Position numbers and translations under genes: made by a program. Below, piece after piece: positions 12,067 to 24,061 of a DNA stretch of 64,000 nt. The stretch is taken from assembly GCA_002269645.1 (NCBI GenBank), contig NIVC01000157.1, positions 248,001 to 312,000 of the forward strand. Direction: 5' to 3'. Origin of the DNA: Macrostomum lignano (taxonomy: Eukaryota). Within the stretch, counting starts at the first letter, position 1. Each line of letters opens with the position of its first letter. The notes under the pieces are model-generated. The model did no database searches, had not been told where the DNA came from, and saw only the letters and a program-made list of their open reading frames with translations.

Positions 12067-13839
12067 CCGCAGACGAATTGCCCGCCGAGAATTGCCCGCG
12101 GAGATTTGCCCGCAGTTTGCCGGCGAGCGAGTTGCCCGCGAAATTTTCTCTCGTGAAGGTTTGCCCGCAATACGTCAGTTTGAGGCAGGGATCTGACTCT
12201 AACTGGTTTTAACCCCCCCCCCTGCGCCGGCCTGGCCTCGCTTTGGTGGGTTGGTGGGGTGCTGGTGCTCTGCGTGCGTGCAGGGCTAGGGCAGCCTCCC
12301 CCTCCGCTCTGTGCTTTTTAGTCACGCGTCGCGGCCGCTGAGTCGGCGTAATTTTGGCAAAATATTTTTGGCATTGCCTTCCCAATGCTTAGTGTAAATA
12401 TAACATGTAAATCTTAATAAAGAGATTAAAAAAAACGTTTTGATAGTAACTGCATATCAAATGCATATTTTTTTTTGGGGGGGGGGCAATTCAGACAGAA
12501 TCTAGCTGCCAAATGCGCTGCAGTAAAGAAGCATTGCGGGCGGGTAAATCTCATGGACCCCTGCAACCCGGTTGTGGATCCAGAAAATTTTAAAGACGGG
12601 GCGCAGACTACTATAAGGTGCATGTTCATGCATACCATGTACATTCATGTGTGCATGATAATGTGTATTTTTCATATAAAAAATAAGAAATCAAACTCAA
12701 CGGAGGGCTGCCTCTTCCCTCCTCTGGAAGCATTCAGACCTGCATGCAGCCCAACACAGGAGAGGGATGAGAAAGATGAGAGCGAGAGGGAAGGAGTTAG
12801 GGGCCGGATGCAATGCCAGATCATCAAGAGCCTTTGGGACCGGATCTGGCCCTGAAGTGCACTGTACAGTCACTATTGTTAGTAATCCTTAGAAAAATTA
12901 TGTTCAAAGCAAAAACCATCGGCCTGTAATCTTAGGGCTTAGCTCTGATTCTCCCTTTGCTTATTCAAATTTAGTGCATGTGCCCTTGCCTGTTTTGGTA
13001 GGCTGGATGCTGCAGTGCATGGGGCAAGGTCTGGGCCTTTGTGAGTGCCTCTCACCTGCCCTGCCCTGTGCTCTGAGTTGGTCAGGGTGCCTCCCCGGGT
13101 GCTGCACCCTCTTCCCCAGGCGGTGTTTTGATTAGCTTATCCGGTGGGGTCGTCTGCCCCCCCCCCAGGCCTGTGCTGGTATCGATCGTGTTGCGCCCTT
13201 TCTCGCACTGCGCCTTCTTGCTTCACTATTATTCTCCTCGCGTCCGCTTTTCTTGTGTGACAGCGGTCTGGAGTAACTCTCCAAGTCAGTTTCAGTTAAA
13301 GTTAAAAGCAGAAGATAGACTTACAGTAAATAGACATCACCTGTTGAAGCCAGAGAAGCCAAAGCCAGTTAAGCACCTCTCTGCAGACCAGCGAGCAAAA
13401 TCAAATAAGAAGTCCAATAAACGCGCGTCCGGTAACTAGGCCACTGGTAAGCCGCCTGCTTCCTGGGGAGGCTTGTAAGTTGGCTACAGTGAATTCTTGC
13501 CAGAGCGTCATAACGCTGGAAGAGCATATACCAAACTTTACTTATACTTATACTGTACCACTGAATAAGCACAAGAGAGTGTCGCAACACCTCTGGGAGC
13601 AACTTGGTACTCAGAGCATCTTAGCGCCTGTCAGCAGTAATACCGCATTGGCAGAGCATCACAACGCCTGCTGGTACAGCCTTAGGGTACTTGGGCTGGG
13701 CACCCGAACCGACCCGGGTCCACTATACAAAAACTTCTGTACGGGGGGCGCTGATTGCTGGCCAGGAATTTCGATTGGGGGCGGGCAGGTTGGCTTGGCT
13801 GGCCAAGCCTCATGCAATTGTCACTTTTGGCGACGCAGG

Positions 13840-15016
13840 CACTCATTTTAGCGCCACAGGCACTCATTTTAGCGCCACAGGCACTCATTTTAGCGCCGCA
13901 GGCACTCTTTTTGGCGCCGCAGGCACTCATTTTAGCGCCGCAGGCACTCATTTTAGCGTCACAGGCACTCATTTTAGCGCCGCAGGCACTCATTTTAGCG
14001 CCGCAGGCACTCATTTTAGCGTCACAGGCACTCATTTTAGCACCGCAGGCACTCATTTTAGCGCCGCAGGCACTCATTTTAGCGTCACAGGCACTCATTT
14101 TAGCACCGCAGGCACTCATTTTAGCGTCACAGGCACTCATTTTAGCGCCGCAGGCATTCATTTTAGCGTCACAGGCACTCATTTTAGCACCACAGGCACT
14201 CATTTTAGCGTCACAGGCACTCATTTTAGCAGGCATTCATTTTAGCGCCGCAGGCACTCATTTTAGCAGGCATTCATTTTAGCGCCGCAGGCACTCATTT
14301 TAGCAGGCACTCATTTTAGCGCCACAGGCACTCATTTTAGCGTCACAGGCACTCATTTTAGCGCCGCAGGCATTCATTTTAGCGCCGCAGGCACTCATTT
14401 TAGCGCCGCAGGCACTCATTTTAGCAGGCACTCATTTTAGCGCCACAGGCACTCATTTTAGCGTCACAGGCACTCATTTTAGCGCCGCAGGCATTCATTT
14501 TAGCGCCGCAGGCACTCATTTTAGCGCCGCAGGCACTCATTTTAGCAGGCACTCATTTTAGCGCCACAGGCACTCATTTTAGCGTCACAGGCACTCATTT
14601 TAGCGCCGCAGGCACTCATTTTAGCGCCACAGGCACTCATTTTAGCGCCGCGGGCACTCATTTTAGCGTCGCAGGCACTCATTTTAGCACTTCAGGCACA
14701 CATTTTAGCGCCGCAGGCACTCATTTTAGCGCCACAGGCACTCATTTTAGCGTCACAGGCACTCATTTTAGCGCCGCAGGCACTCATTTTAGCGCCACAG
14801 GCACTCATTTTAGCGTCACAGCCACTCATTTTAGCGCCGCAGGCACTCATTTAAGCGCCGCAGGCACTCATTTTAGCGCCGCAGGCACTCATTTTAGCGC
14901 CGCAGGCACTCATTTTAGCACCGCAGGCACTCATTTTAGCGTCACAGGCACTCATTTAAGCGCCGCAGGCACTCATTTTAGCGCCGCAGGCACTCATTTT
15001 AGCGCCGCAGGCACTC
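13840..15016 (+). repeat. 21-bp minisatellite (GGCACTCATTTTAGCGCCGCA), about 55 copies
   Basis: Read directly; explains ORFs 13682..14282. The GC-rich flanks resemble MITE ends. Confidence 0.95.
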
Positions 15017-15811
15017 AATTGCCTCATGGTTTTGGGTACCCGCCGCGCCCAACCCCACTCCCAGGCGATTAGAGGGGGGCGGCCCCCCTTGGCTAAGCCA
15101 CTGCTATTCTGTGCTATTAACCATGAGTCTGACTCAGTCCTACCTAATTGCTATTCACTGACAGGTGCGACACCGATTCAAAGAAATGCGTTGTGGATTC
15201 CTGGAAAACCAGTGGCCAATGCCGGAAGTCGAGAGAAACAGAAATTTGAAATCTACTATAAAAAATATAGCGGAATATATTATACAGCTGGAGCAAAGTG
15301 CTGGCTTTGCTAAAATAATAAATTATGTAAAAAACACGCTGCACATGTGTCTCGTTCACTATGAGAATCAGAACTTCGTTCATGTAAATCTCAACAGAAA
15401 ATACAGAATGATTTTGAGACCCATAGAAATGAACGACTGCAGCCCCTACGTGTGCATGCAGGTGTATGAACGCTCACACGAACGCGGACCGACGCTCAAG
15501 AAGCACAAACGTTTTCTAAACTTATCAGGGACGCCAAGAAAAATTGAAAAAAATTTTAAGGAAATATCTACCGGTTATCCGCAAGAAAAAGCAACAGTCA
15601 ACTGGTTCTTCAAACGAGCAGAGAAAGCGACCGTCCCCGGCTAAATCGTGGCACCAAAAAGACTAAAAACAATTGATGAACCAAACTCTGACATGAATTT
15701 ATTTTTATTAGTTTTTCATTTCAATTTCTATAAACTCATTTATAGTTAAATCGTACAGCAAGGAGTTCTTTGATGGCATCTATTATTGTTCTCGTTAGTT
15801 TTGCTTTTTTG

Positions 15812-16260
15812 GGAAAACGTTTAGCAAATTAGCAAATGGCTTAAGTGCACCGTTAGGATTGTGTTTCGCACCGTAAAGATTGGTCGCTATGCTAGCAGGC
15901 TTAAGTCAGCTGTTCCACCTGCTCTAAGGGCTGGTGCTGTTTACCAATTTCGCTGCTCTGAGGATCAGAGCGTTTCCTACATTGGAAAAACGAAGCTACA
16001 CCTGCACACTAGAGCAAGGGAACATTGGCTAAAAAGCTCTGCGATTAATGACCATCTGCTTGTTTGTAAAAAAATGTTGTGACGGTGAACCGATTCAGCT
16101 CTTTAAAGTGCTGGATGGGTGCAAATTTGACCATAAGCTTAAGATTATTGAAGCTTTGTATAATATGATCAGAATGCACAAACCCAACTTGAATTTGCAG
16201 CTATAGCTGGCAATGGGGTGGAGCGTCAGCTACATGTAAGAGTGCTATGAGCGGTTCCGT
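15812..16260 (+). mobile_element. 5'-truncated Penelope-like element (Penelope/Poseidon type), GIY-YIG endonuclease end
   Basis: VRIVFRTVKIG...LKSAVP...AVYQFRC...SYIGKTKLHLHTRAREH...SAINDHL, then (frameshifted) FKVLD...LKIIEAL...KPNLNLQL, the typical C-terminal PLE endonuclease motif series. Confidence 0.85.
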
Positions 16261-16510
16261 GCCTATTCTCTCTCTCTCTCTCTTAGGGATTCCAAACTCC
16301 CTGACAATTGACAATCCCTGGTTTAAAAAATCCCGAAATCTCGTGGCTCTGAAATCCCGGGATTATAAATCCCGAAAAATCCGCTTAAAACTTTAGGAAA
16401 ATCCCGGGATCCCGATTATCCAAAATAACAACTCGTAACTGTCTCGCAACATGCAGACGCAACGCAAGAAACAAAAGGTATTTAATATTGACTTTCAAAT
16501 TCAAGAAACT

Positions 16511-17410
16511 TCAACAATTGGGCTTCCAATTTGACACCACATTGATATCCAGCTCACTGGCCCCAGAATCGCTTGGTCCTACGTGTCCGGCCTGGTCAAC
16601 TTTAACATCTTCTTCTTTAGTTTGCAGTGCCAATGCCGACGTCACAGAATAGCTGCTCGCTTGCAGAGATCGGTCCTGACGTTTTGTAAGGTACCTGCGT
16701 GCCGTTCGTTCAGATGTCTGGCCGGTGATGGACATAATGTCGGCCATGCTATGTCCCGCGGCCTCTAGATCCGTAATCCTGGTGACCCTAAGAAAATATG
16801 ATCAAAGATGATTACATTACTAACGCATGTAGTTTACAATGTTCTCGCAGATAAATTAAAGATCTAAGATCTGTTATTTTCGAGATCAAAAAATTAGTCG
16901 TACTACCTGATGCAATGGTTGGAATACATCTTCGATAGCCCAGCCGTCTCGCTCAAGTTATGCATGAATCGAACAAGATAGTTGACACCGCGATTCTGCT
17001 TCGTTGAATACGTAGGACTTCCGTTCGCAGAGTTTGCCAGTGGCCGTGGAACTAGATGGTTATCCTTGGTTTCAACTGGTAGAAGGTCTAGATACCGTCG
17101 TACCTTTTCAATATCGTAAATCCTTGCCTGCTGGTTGTCGGGTTGTGCTTTACTTCTCACTGGATCCGCGGACTTATTCTTAGACGGAAGAGGCGGCAGA
17201 CAGTAGAACTCCTTACCATCAGAGTCGATGTGCAGCTCCAATGCAGCTCGTCATGTCAGATGCTGCAGGTGCTCTTTGGCCTCTTTCGCCCAAGTAATAA
17301 TTAAAGGACATAAAACAGAAATAAATTTGTCCTGCTCTGCTACTGCCGTACCTCCCTCAAAGTAGCATGCAAGCTTTTGCATATCACGGCCAGTCTCCAA
17401 TTTCGATGTC
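16511..17410 (-). mobile_element. Degenerate Crypton-type tyrosine recombinase (DUF3504/CryptonA-V-like) with one spliceosomal intron (16906-16788)
   Basis: Reconstructed DMQKLACYF...YYLGERGQEHL...LHIDSDGKEFY...GVNYLVRFMHNLSETAGLSKMYSNHCIR|VTRITDLEAAGHSMADIMSITGQTSERTARRYL. The R...HxxR...(H>Q)...Y catalytic set is recognisable; a GT-AG phase-2 intron restores the frame; frameshifts and a stop occur at 17250-17320. Confidence 0.8.
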
Positions 17411-17525
17411 TATGGCCTCCAATTTCGGCCATAGACAACTGATTCACCAATGTTATCTGCGGTACTGTCCATTGACATGAAGTGTACGCATCGATATTTT
17501 CTTTCCCGCCTTTTCACCCATAGAC

Positions 17526-17767
17526 AATTCAATCAATGCAGCTAATATGAAGCACGAATTCAAGTTAATGGCCAAATTTTCGCTTCGCTTCGCTCGCATT
17601 TTTTCCTATGCTACTTACTTTTGCGAAATCGTCCCTGATAAGATGTAGCAACGGTGTCACATAGGAAAATGACGTTTTTCAAATTTTAAACGCTGTTAAT
17701 AAAAAACGGTAGCCCTTGGCCATTAACTTGAATTCGTGCTTCATATTAACCTACCATTGATTGAATT
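17526..17767. mobile_element. MITE with ~50-bp terminal inverted repeats
   Basis: AATTCAATCAATG..TAATATGAAGCACGAATTCAAGTTAATGGCCAA at the left end is the reverse complement of TTGGCCATTAACTTGAATTCGTGCTTCATATTA..CATTGATTGAATT at the right end (33 bp perfect); no ORF. Confidence 0.8.
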
Positions 17768-17783
17768 AAGGTGAATTAGTGAA

Positions 17784-17834
17784 TTGGCCCTGACGACGTC
17801 TTTGACTCAATGTTTGACGAAACGCGTTGGCTAA
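17784..17834 (+). ncRNA. Minimal type-I hammerhead ribozyme (PLE-associated)
   Basis: TTGGCC-CTGACGA-C-GTC(15-nt loop)GAC-GAAA-CGCG-T-T-GGCTAA: stem I 6 bp (one G:U), core CUGACGA/GAAA, palindromic stem III ACGCGT; predicted cleavage after 17828. Confidence 0.65.
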
Positions 17835-18069
17835 GAAGAAAAATTGTACTATACATTTTCGTTGACGTTTATTTTTCTACTACTTTTTATTAGTACACGT
17901 ATATTTCAATACAATTTTCCATGCAATTCTTCTTTTTATCAGCTCAAATAATTATGAGAAAATTTTAAATTTACTACAGAAGAAATACTCGCTTATCAAA
18001 AAAGCAGTTAGACATCAAGGTAAAATCTCCAGAATACTCGTTTTTCTCTTGTTCTGTTGCCTACTTGTT

Positions 18070-18955
18070 TCTCAAATCTGATCCTCAAATCCCTGATCCT
18101 CAAATCCCTGATCCTCAAATCCCTGATCCTCAAATCCCTGATCCTCAAATCCCTTGATCCTCAACTCCCTGATCCTCAAATCCCTGATCCTCAAATCCCT
18201 GACCCGAAAGTCCTTGGGATCCTCAAATCCCTGATCCTCAAATCCCTGATCCTCAAATCCCTGATCCTCAAATCCCTGATCCCCAAATCCCTGATCCTCA
18301 AATCCCTGATCCCCAAATCCCTGATCCTCAAATCCCTTGATCCTCAAATCCCTGACCCGAAAGTCCTTGGGACCCTCAAATCCCTGATCCTCAAATCCCT
18401 GATCCTCAAATCCCTGATCCTCAAATCCCTGATCCTCAAATCCCTGATCCTCAAATCCCTGATCCTCAAATCCCTGATCCCCAAATCCCTGATCCTCGCA
18501 TCCCTGATCCTCAAATCCCTGATCCCCAAATCCCTGATCCTCGCATCCCTGATCCTCAAATCCCTGATCCTCAAATCCCTTGATCCTCAAATCCCTGACC
18601 CGAAAGTCCTTGGGATCCTCAAATCCCTGATCCTCAAATCCCTGATCCTCAAATCCCTGATCCTCAAATCCCTGATCCCCAAATCCCTGATCCTCGCATC
18701 CCTGATCCTCAAATCCCTGATCCTCAAATCCCTTGATCCTCAAATCCCTGACCCGAAAGTCCTTGGGATCCTCAAATCCCTGATCCTCAAATCCCTGATC
18801 CTCAAATCCCTGATCCTCAAATCCCTGATCCTCAAATCCCTGATCCTCAAATCCCTGATCCCCAAATCCCTGATCCTCGCATCCCTGATTCTTAAATCCC
18901 TGATCCTCAAATTCCTGACCCGAAAGTCCTTGATCCTCAAATTCCTAATCCTTAA
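18070..18955 (+). repeat. 15-bp minisatellite (CCTCAAATCCCTGAT) with higher-order interruptions
   Basis: Read directly; explains ORFs 18057..19070 and 18072..18743. Confidence 0.95.
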
Positions 18956-18986
18956 AGCCAGCGCCGCTCATCCCCCACATTCGCAG

Positions 18987-20729
18987 GATATTCGAGCTGA
19001 AGTGCATCCTGCCAATCGACAAAGACCTGTACATCCGCGTCAAGGACTACGACTTCCTCAGCTCCGATGACGTGATTGGGGAGACGGTGATCAACTTGGA
19101 AGTAGAGCTGAAATTTGATTAGAAATATAAGAAGTCAAATGAGAAGTTGAAGATCGGGCAGTCTTTGATGTGTTCCTTATTACCAGTCCTCAGCTGTAAT
19201 CAAGGAACAATCACTTCTAGCTCTGTAGCTAGGCAACCCAGTGAGTCAACAGAAGGTATTTAATTACCTTTAATCCGGATTCGTAAATCTCGTCCTTGAG
19301 ATGTCCTCAACCGTAGATCTCTCAGTAGATCTCGTAGACGTCTAGTTGACTTCAGGCGTAGACCTGGTCCGAGTTTCCTTCTTCTTCGTAGAAGTAGTTC
19401 CGGCCGGAATCTGTCGTTCGGACCAATAGGAAGCTTCCAAATTAACAATGGGTACCCTGCGCCAAACTGCGGTCTTAATTAAGCCTCCTTCTTCTAGCAG
19501 TGCCTCTATACACTCTAGGAATAGCTCCGGAAACCACTGATAGTCTTCTAAGATCTATCAGGGGCAGTCCTTCTGGAGACTGCAACCAGTGGAGTCTAAA
19601 CAGACTCAAACTAAACTCAAGTCACACTGGACTTGAGCGAGACGTCTCTAACAACAACGGGCGCAAATAAGGAAGGCTTACCGCAACAACCGACCGAGTC
19701 TTGGTCCAGGAAGTCCGACTGTGGCTTCCTCTTCGGAGCTCTTCTCCTTCCGGAGGAATTGTGGCTCCGGGTCCGTTCCGGACCACTTGTATTTATAGGC
19801 AAATGGACCCCCATGAGGTCACGTGGGTCCAACTCTTCAGCTGTCAAAAAGGTCACGGTTTGGTTGCTGTCAAACTTGGCAGGGTAGAAAGTTACTCCAT
19901 TGGTTCAGTGTAAAAGCGCGTGATTGGTCATCGCATTCGAGTTATTTTTAGTTACATTTGATTGGGTCACGTGCGTACGGTTGAATGATGCATCTTTCCT
20001 GGGGTTTGCGTTCGACACGTACAGGTTACACGTGATTGGGTGATTTCTAAATTTAGCATGCTCGAGGTCTCTCTTTTCCTATTGGTTAGTCAGAATCTAC
20101 GCATAGTTCAAAGCATACCTTTATTCATGCTCTTCAATTTACTACTAAATAAAATGTGTGAGTAGTACATTAACACTTTTATGTCTTCTTACGGGAGATA
20201 GAACACTCTACATCTTGCTGAGATGCTGGTTGGTCCCGACACCTTAATACTGAAATCCCGCATCGGCAGGGCAAGGTGGAGATGGAGCTGGAGCTGCTGA
20301 CGGTCGAAGAGGCGCAGCTTCGTCCCGCCGGTTTCGGCCAAGACGAGCCCAACGAGAACCCGCATCTGGAGCCGCCCAAGTGAGCTGCAGGTCCTCTTTG
20401 TCTTGTTGTATTCATAGCCTACTTACACTACTGACTAAATGCCAATGAGTAGTTTCTTCTGAATCCCTCATCTTCTAAATCTCCCCAAATCCCCAAATCT
20501 CTAAATCTCCTCAAATGTCCCCGAATTCATCAAATCTCCCCAAATCCCAAAATCTCCCAAAATCCTTCAATCTCCCGAAATCCCCTAAATCTCCCCAAAT
20601 CCCCTAAATCTCCCAAAATCTACCCAAATCCACAAATCCCCGAATAATTTATTAAAAATTAATTTATCAGAAATTATTTTTTTGTAAGTTTTGCAGGGCC
20701 TCGCCGCTCGCAAAGTGATGGGAGTCTGA
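18987..20729 (+). pseudogene. Partial ferlin duplicate: exon relics 18987-19101, 20270-20379 and 20697-20729; TM exon and intervening exons absent
   Basis: 18987 exon reads IFELKCILPIDKDLYIRVKDYDFLSSDDVIGETVINLE (ferlin C2 domain). 20270-20379 is identical by eye to 2281-2390; 20697-20729 matches 4459-4491 with one synonymous change. The 3' UTR and downstream array are also duplicated (about 20680-21920 vs 4440-6250). Confidence 0.85.
19166..20212. mobile_element. Solo LTR (1047 bp) in the ferlin duplicate intron
   Basis: TG...CA ends with imperfect inverted termini (TGATGTGTTC / GAACACTCTACA) and a 4-bp TSD TCTT (19162-19165, 20213-20216). The empty site is visible in the paralog near 2215-2225 (CAGCCTTGCTG). 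A 4-bp TSD fits Ty3/Gypsy. Confidence 0.82.
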
Positions 20730-21284
20730 GCTTTGGTCATGCAGTTCAGCTAAAGCGCAAAACTGACAGATTTTTCGTTACGATTTATGTTAATAAATAT
20801 TATTAATCTCTGTGCTAAGAGATTTATTTGCAATAGTATTACGAGTACCATATACTCGTAGATATCTTGAAAAATAATTTTTGAATAGCTACATAGAATG
20901 TATCTTGCAACAATCTTATTCATTCGTTATTTGTTTTGTTAATCGCATAATAATGGCCCAATTTTTAATTAACCGAAAATTGAAAATTTAGCTCTTTAGT
21001 TGTTTGTTTAACCCGAATTACATATTTTATAATCTCGCTTACAAACCGACTCTCTGCAATACTGAAGTTTTTTGTTACGTTTTTTCGAAAGTTTCAATGA
21101 AAAAAGTAAAAATAATTCAATAAATGAAGTTCAACTTTCTAATCGGGTTTTTGACTTTGAATTTTGATTTTGCAATTTTTTTCTTGCACTTCTGCGCACT
21201 CTGCTATTGTCTCAAAAATATTTAATTGGATTTTCCTTGTTAGTGCTCAATTTTAACTGTCTTCAGAATCCTGAGATTTCTACT

Positions 21285-21915
21285 GAAATTCCCTCTGGGA
21301 TTATCCTTGAGATTCCCCTCTGGAATTCTCCTGGAGATTCCCCCCTGGAATTATCCTTGAGATTCCCCTCTGGAATTCTCTTTAGATTCCCTTCTGGTAT
21401 TCTTTAAATTTTCCTCTGGAGTTCTTCTTAAGATTCCCCTCTGGAACTCTTGAGATTCCCCTCTGGAATTATTCTTGAGATTCCCCTCTGGAACTCTTGA
21501 GATTACCCTCTGGAACTCTTGAGATTACCCTCTGGAACTCTTGAGATTACCCTCTGGAACTCTTGAGATTCCCCTCTGGAACTCTTGAGATTCCCCTCTG
21601 GAACTCTTGAGATTCCCCTCTGGAGCTCTTGAGATTCCCCTCTGGAGCTCTTGAGATTCCCTTCTGGAGCTCTTGAGATTCCCCTCTGGAACTCTTGAGA
21701 TTCCCTTCTGGAGCTCTTGAGATTCCCCTCTGGAACTCTTGAGATTCCCCTCTGGAACTCTTGAGATTCTCCTCTGGAACTCTTGAGATTCTCCTCTGGA
21801 ACTCTTGAGATTCTCCTCTGGAACTCTTGAGATTCCCCTCTGGAACTCTTGAGATTCCCCTCTGGAGCTCTTGAGATTCTCCCTGGAACTCTTGAGATTC
21901 CCCTCTGGAATTCCC
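21285..21915 (+). repeat. 22-bp minisatellite (CTTGAGATTCCCCTCTGGAACT), paralog of the 25-bp array at 5075
   Basis: Read directly. Confidence 0.93.
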
Positions 21916-22689
21916 CTCAAAAATTAATCTATTCATGCTCAAATTCTCCTCAAAAACTCCGGAATCAGAACTCCATCGGGTTTACTATTGAATCCCAAAT
22001 TAAATTCACTCATTAAAAATCCAACAATAAAATTTAGTCAGATCTTCAAATTTCAGGAAAATATTTATTTAAGCTTTTATCATCCCGATAGTTTCCCAAG
22101 AACACCAACTGACTCCAGCATTCCCTCTGGATTCACTGCACTTTTTCATCCCAACGCGCTTTCATCGCTCAAACGCAGAAGGATCGGAAATTAAAAGAAG
22201 ATCGCCTGGCGCAAATAAGCAGAGAGATTGATGGTGGACCTCCCGACTCCAGTAGACATGGCCCCCGGGTCCCCCGCACTTACCGGTTATTGACCTGTCA
22301 ATTTACCAGGGTATTGGAGCGGGCAGTGCTAAACTGGCACGCACCAGATGTTTGTCTATTTATATTCCACTCTGGGTAAGTTGGCCATCTGCCTTTATCT
22401 TAATTCAATATTACCTGGGAGGCTGCGCGATGATGGAGAGTCCTACGAGTGGCTGATGATGTCGGCTATATGGTTTTTTGTGTAATCTATACTCCATTCT
22501 GGGCAACCAGATAACGCCTTGTTGTAGCGGCAGTGGAGTCTGTTTTGACTGGGAGAGGGAAAAACAAGTTCCTCTTTTGACTGAGAGCGAAACAGATTGA
22601 CATGAAGGTTAAGCATGCATGGCTGCGGTTAGTCGTCAATAGTTATATTATTAGGCTGATAAGAGCGAGAGTAGACTGGGGTAAGAGGG

Positions 22690-22757
22690 AGAGAGACGGG
22701 ATGAGAAGGAGAGAGACGAGGGTGAGATGGAGAGATGAGGATGAGGGAGAGAGACGA

Positions 22758-22823
<66 letters not shown>

Positions 22824-24030
22824 CGAGAGAGAGGGAGAGAGACGAGGGAGAGAGACAGGATGAGAGAGGAAGAGAGACAGTGTGAGAGGGAGAGAGAGGG
22901 TGAGAGGGAGAGAGACAGGGTGAGAGGGAAAGAGAAGAGGGTGAGAGGGAGAGAGACAGGATGAGAGAGGGAGAGAGACAGGGTGAGAGAGAGACAGGGT
23001 GAGAGACAGACAGGGTGAGAGAGAGACTAAGTGAGAGAGAGAGACAGGGTGAGAGACAGACAGGGTGAGAGAGAGAGAGACAGGGTGAGAGAGAGAGACA
23101 GGGTGAGAGGGAGAGAGAGGGTGAGAGGGAGAGAGACAGGGTGAGAGGGAAAGAGAATAGGGTGAGAGGGAGAGAGACAGGATGAGAGAGGGAGAGAGAC
23201 AGGGTGAGAGAGAGACAAGGTGAGAGACAGACAGGGTGAGAGAGAGAGACTAAGTGAGAGAGAGAGAGACAGGGTGAGAGAGAGAGACAGGGTGAGAGAG
23301 AGAGACAGGGTGAGAGAGAGAGAGACAGGGTGAGAGAGAGACAGGGTGAGAGAGAGACAGGGTGAGAGAGAGAGACAGGGTGAGAGAGAGACAGGGTGAG
23401 AGAGAGAGACAGGGTGAGAGAGACAGACAGGGTGAGAGAGAGAGAGACAGGGTGAGAGAGAGAGACAGGGTGAGAGGGAGAGAGAGGGTGAGAGGGAGAG
23501 AGACAGGGTGAGAGGGAAAGAGAATAGGGTGAGAGGGAGAGAGACAGGATGAGAGAGGGAGAGAGACAGGGTGAGAGAGAGACAAGGTGAGAGACAGACA
23601 GGGTGAGAGAGAGAGACTAAGTGAGAGAGAGAGAGACAGGGTGAGAGAGAGAGACAGGGTGAGAGAGAGAGACAGGGTGAGAGAGAGAGACAGGGTGAGA
23701 GAGAGAGAGAGAGACAGGGTGAGAGAGAGAGACTAAGTGAGAGAGAGAGACAGGGTGAGAGAGAGACAGGGTGAGAGAGAGAGACAGGGTGAGAGAGAGA
23801 GACAGGGTGAGAGAGAGAGACAGGGTGAGAGAGAGAGAGACAGGGTGAGAGAGAGACAGGGTGAGAGAGAGACAGGGTGAGAGAGAGAGACAGGGTGAGA
23901 GAGAGAGACAGGGTGAGAGACAGGGTGAGAGAGAGAGACAGGGTGAGAGAGAGAGACAGGGTGAGAGAGAGAGACAGGGTGAGAGAGAGAGACAGGGTGA
24001 GAGAGAGACAGGGTGAGAGAGAGACAGGGT

Positions 24031-24061
<31 letters not shown>

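Noticed and set aside
13320-13700. Fragment DARLLDFLFDFARW, reminiscent of P-element/THAP9 transposase
   Set aside because: Too short and interrupted by stops; no further motifs could be aligned by eye.
15165-15644. 159-aa plus-strand ORF
   Set aside because: No recognisable domain or splice pattern; its 3' end overlaps non-coding paralogous sequence also present at 10040.
22195-22620. Unique island with exon-like pieces (VLERAVLNWHAPD…, GESYEWL…)
   Set aside because: No consistent frame or family assignment; possibly a decayed transposase.
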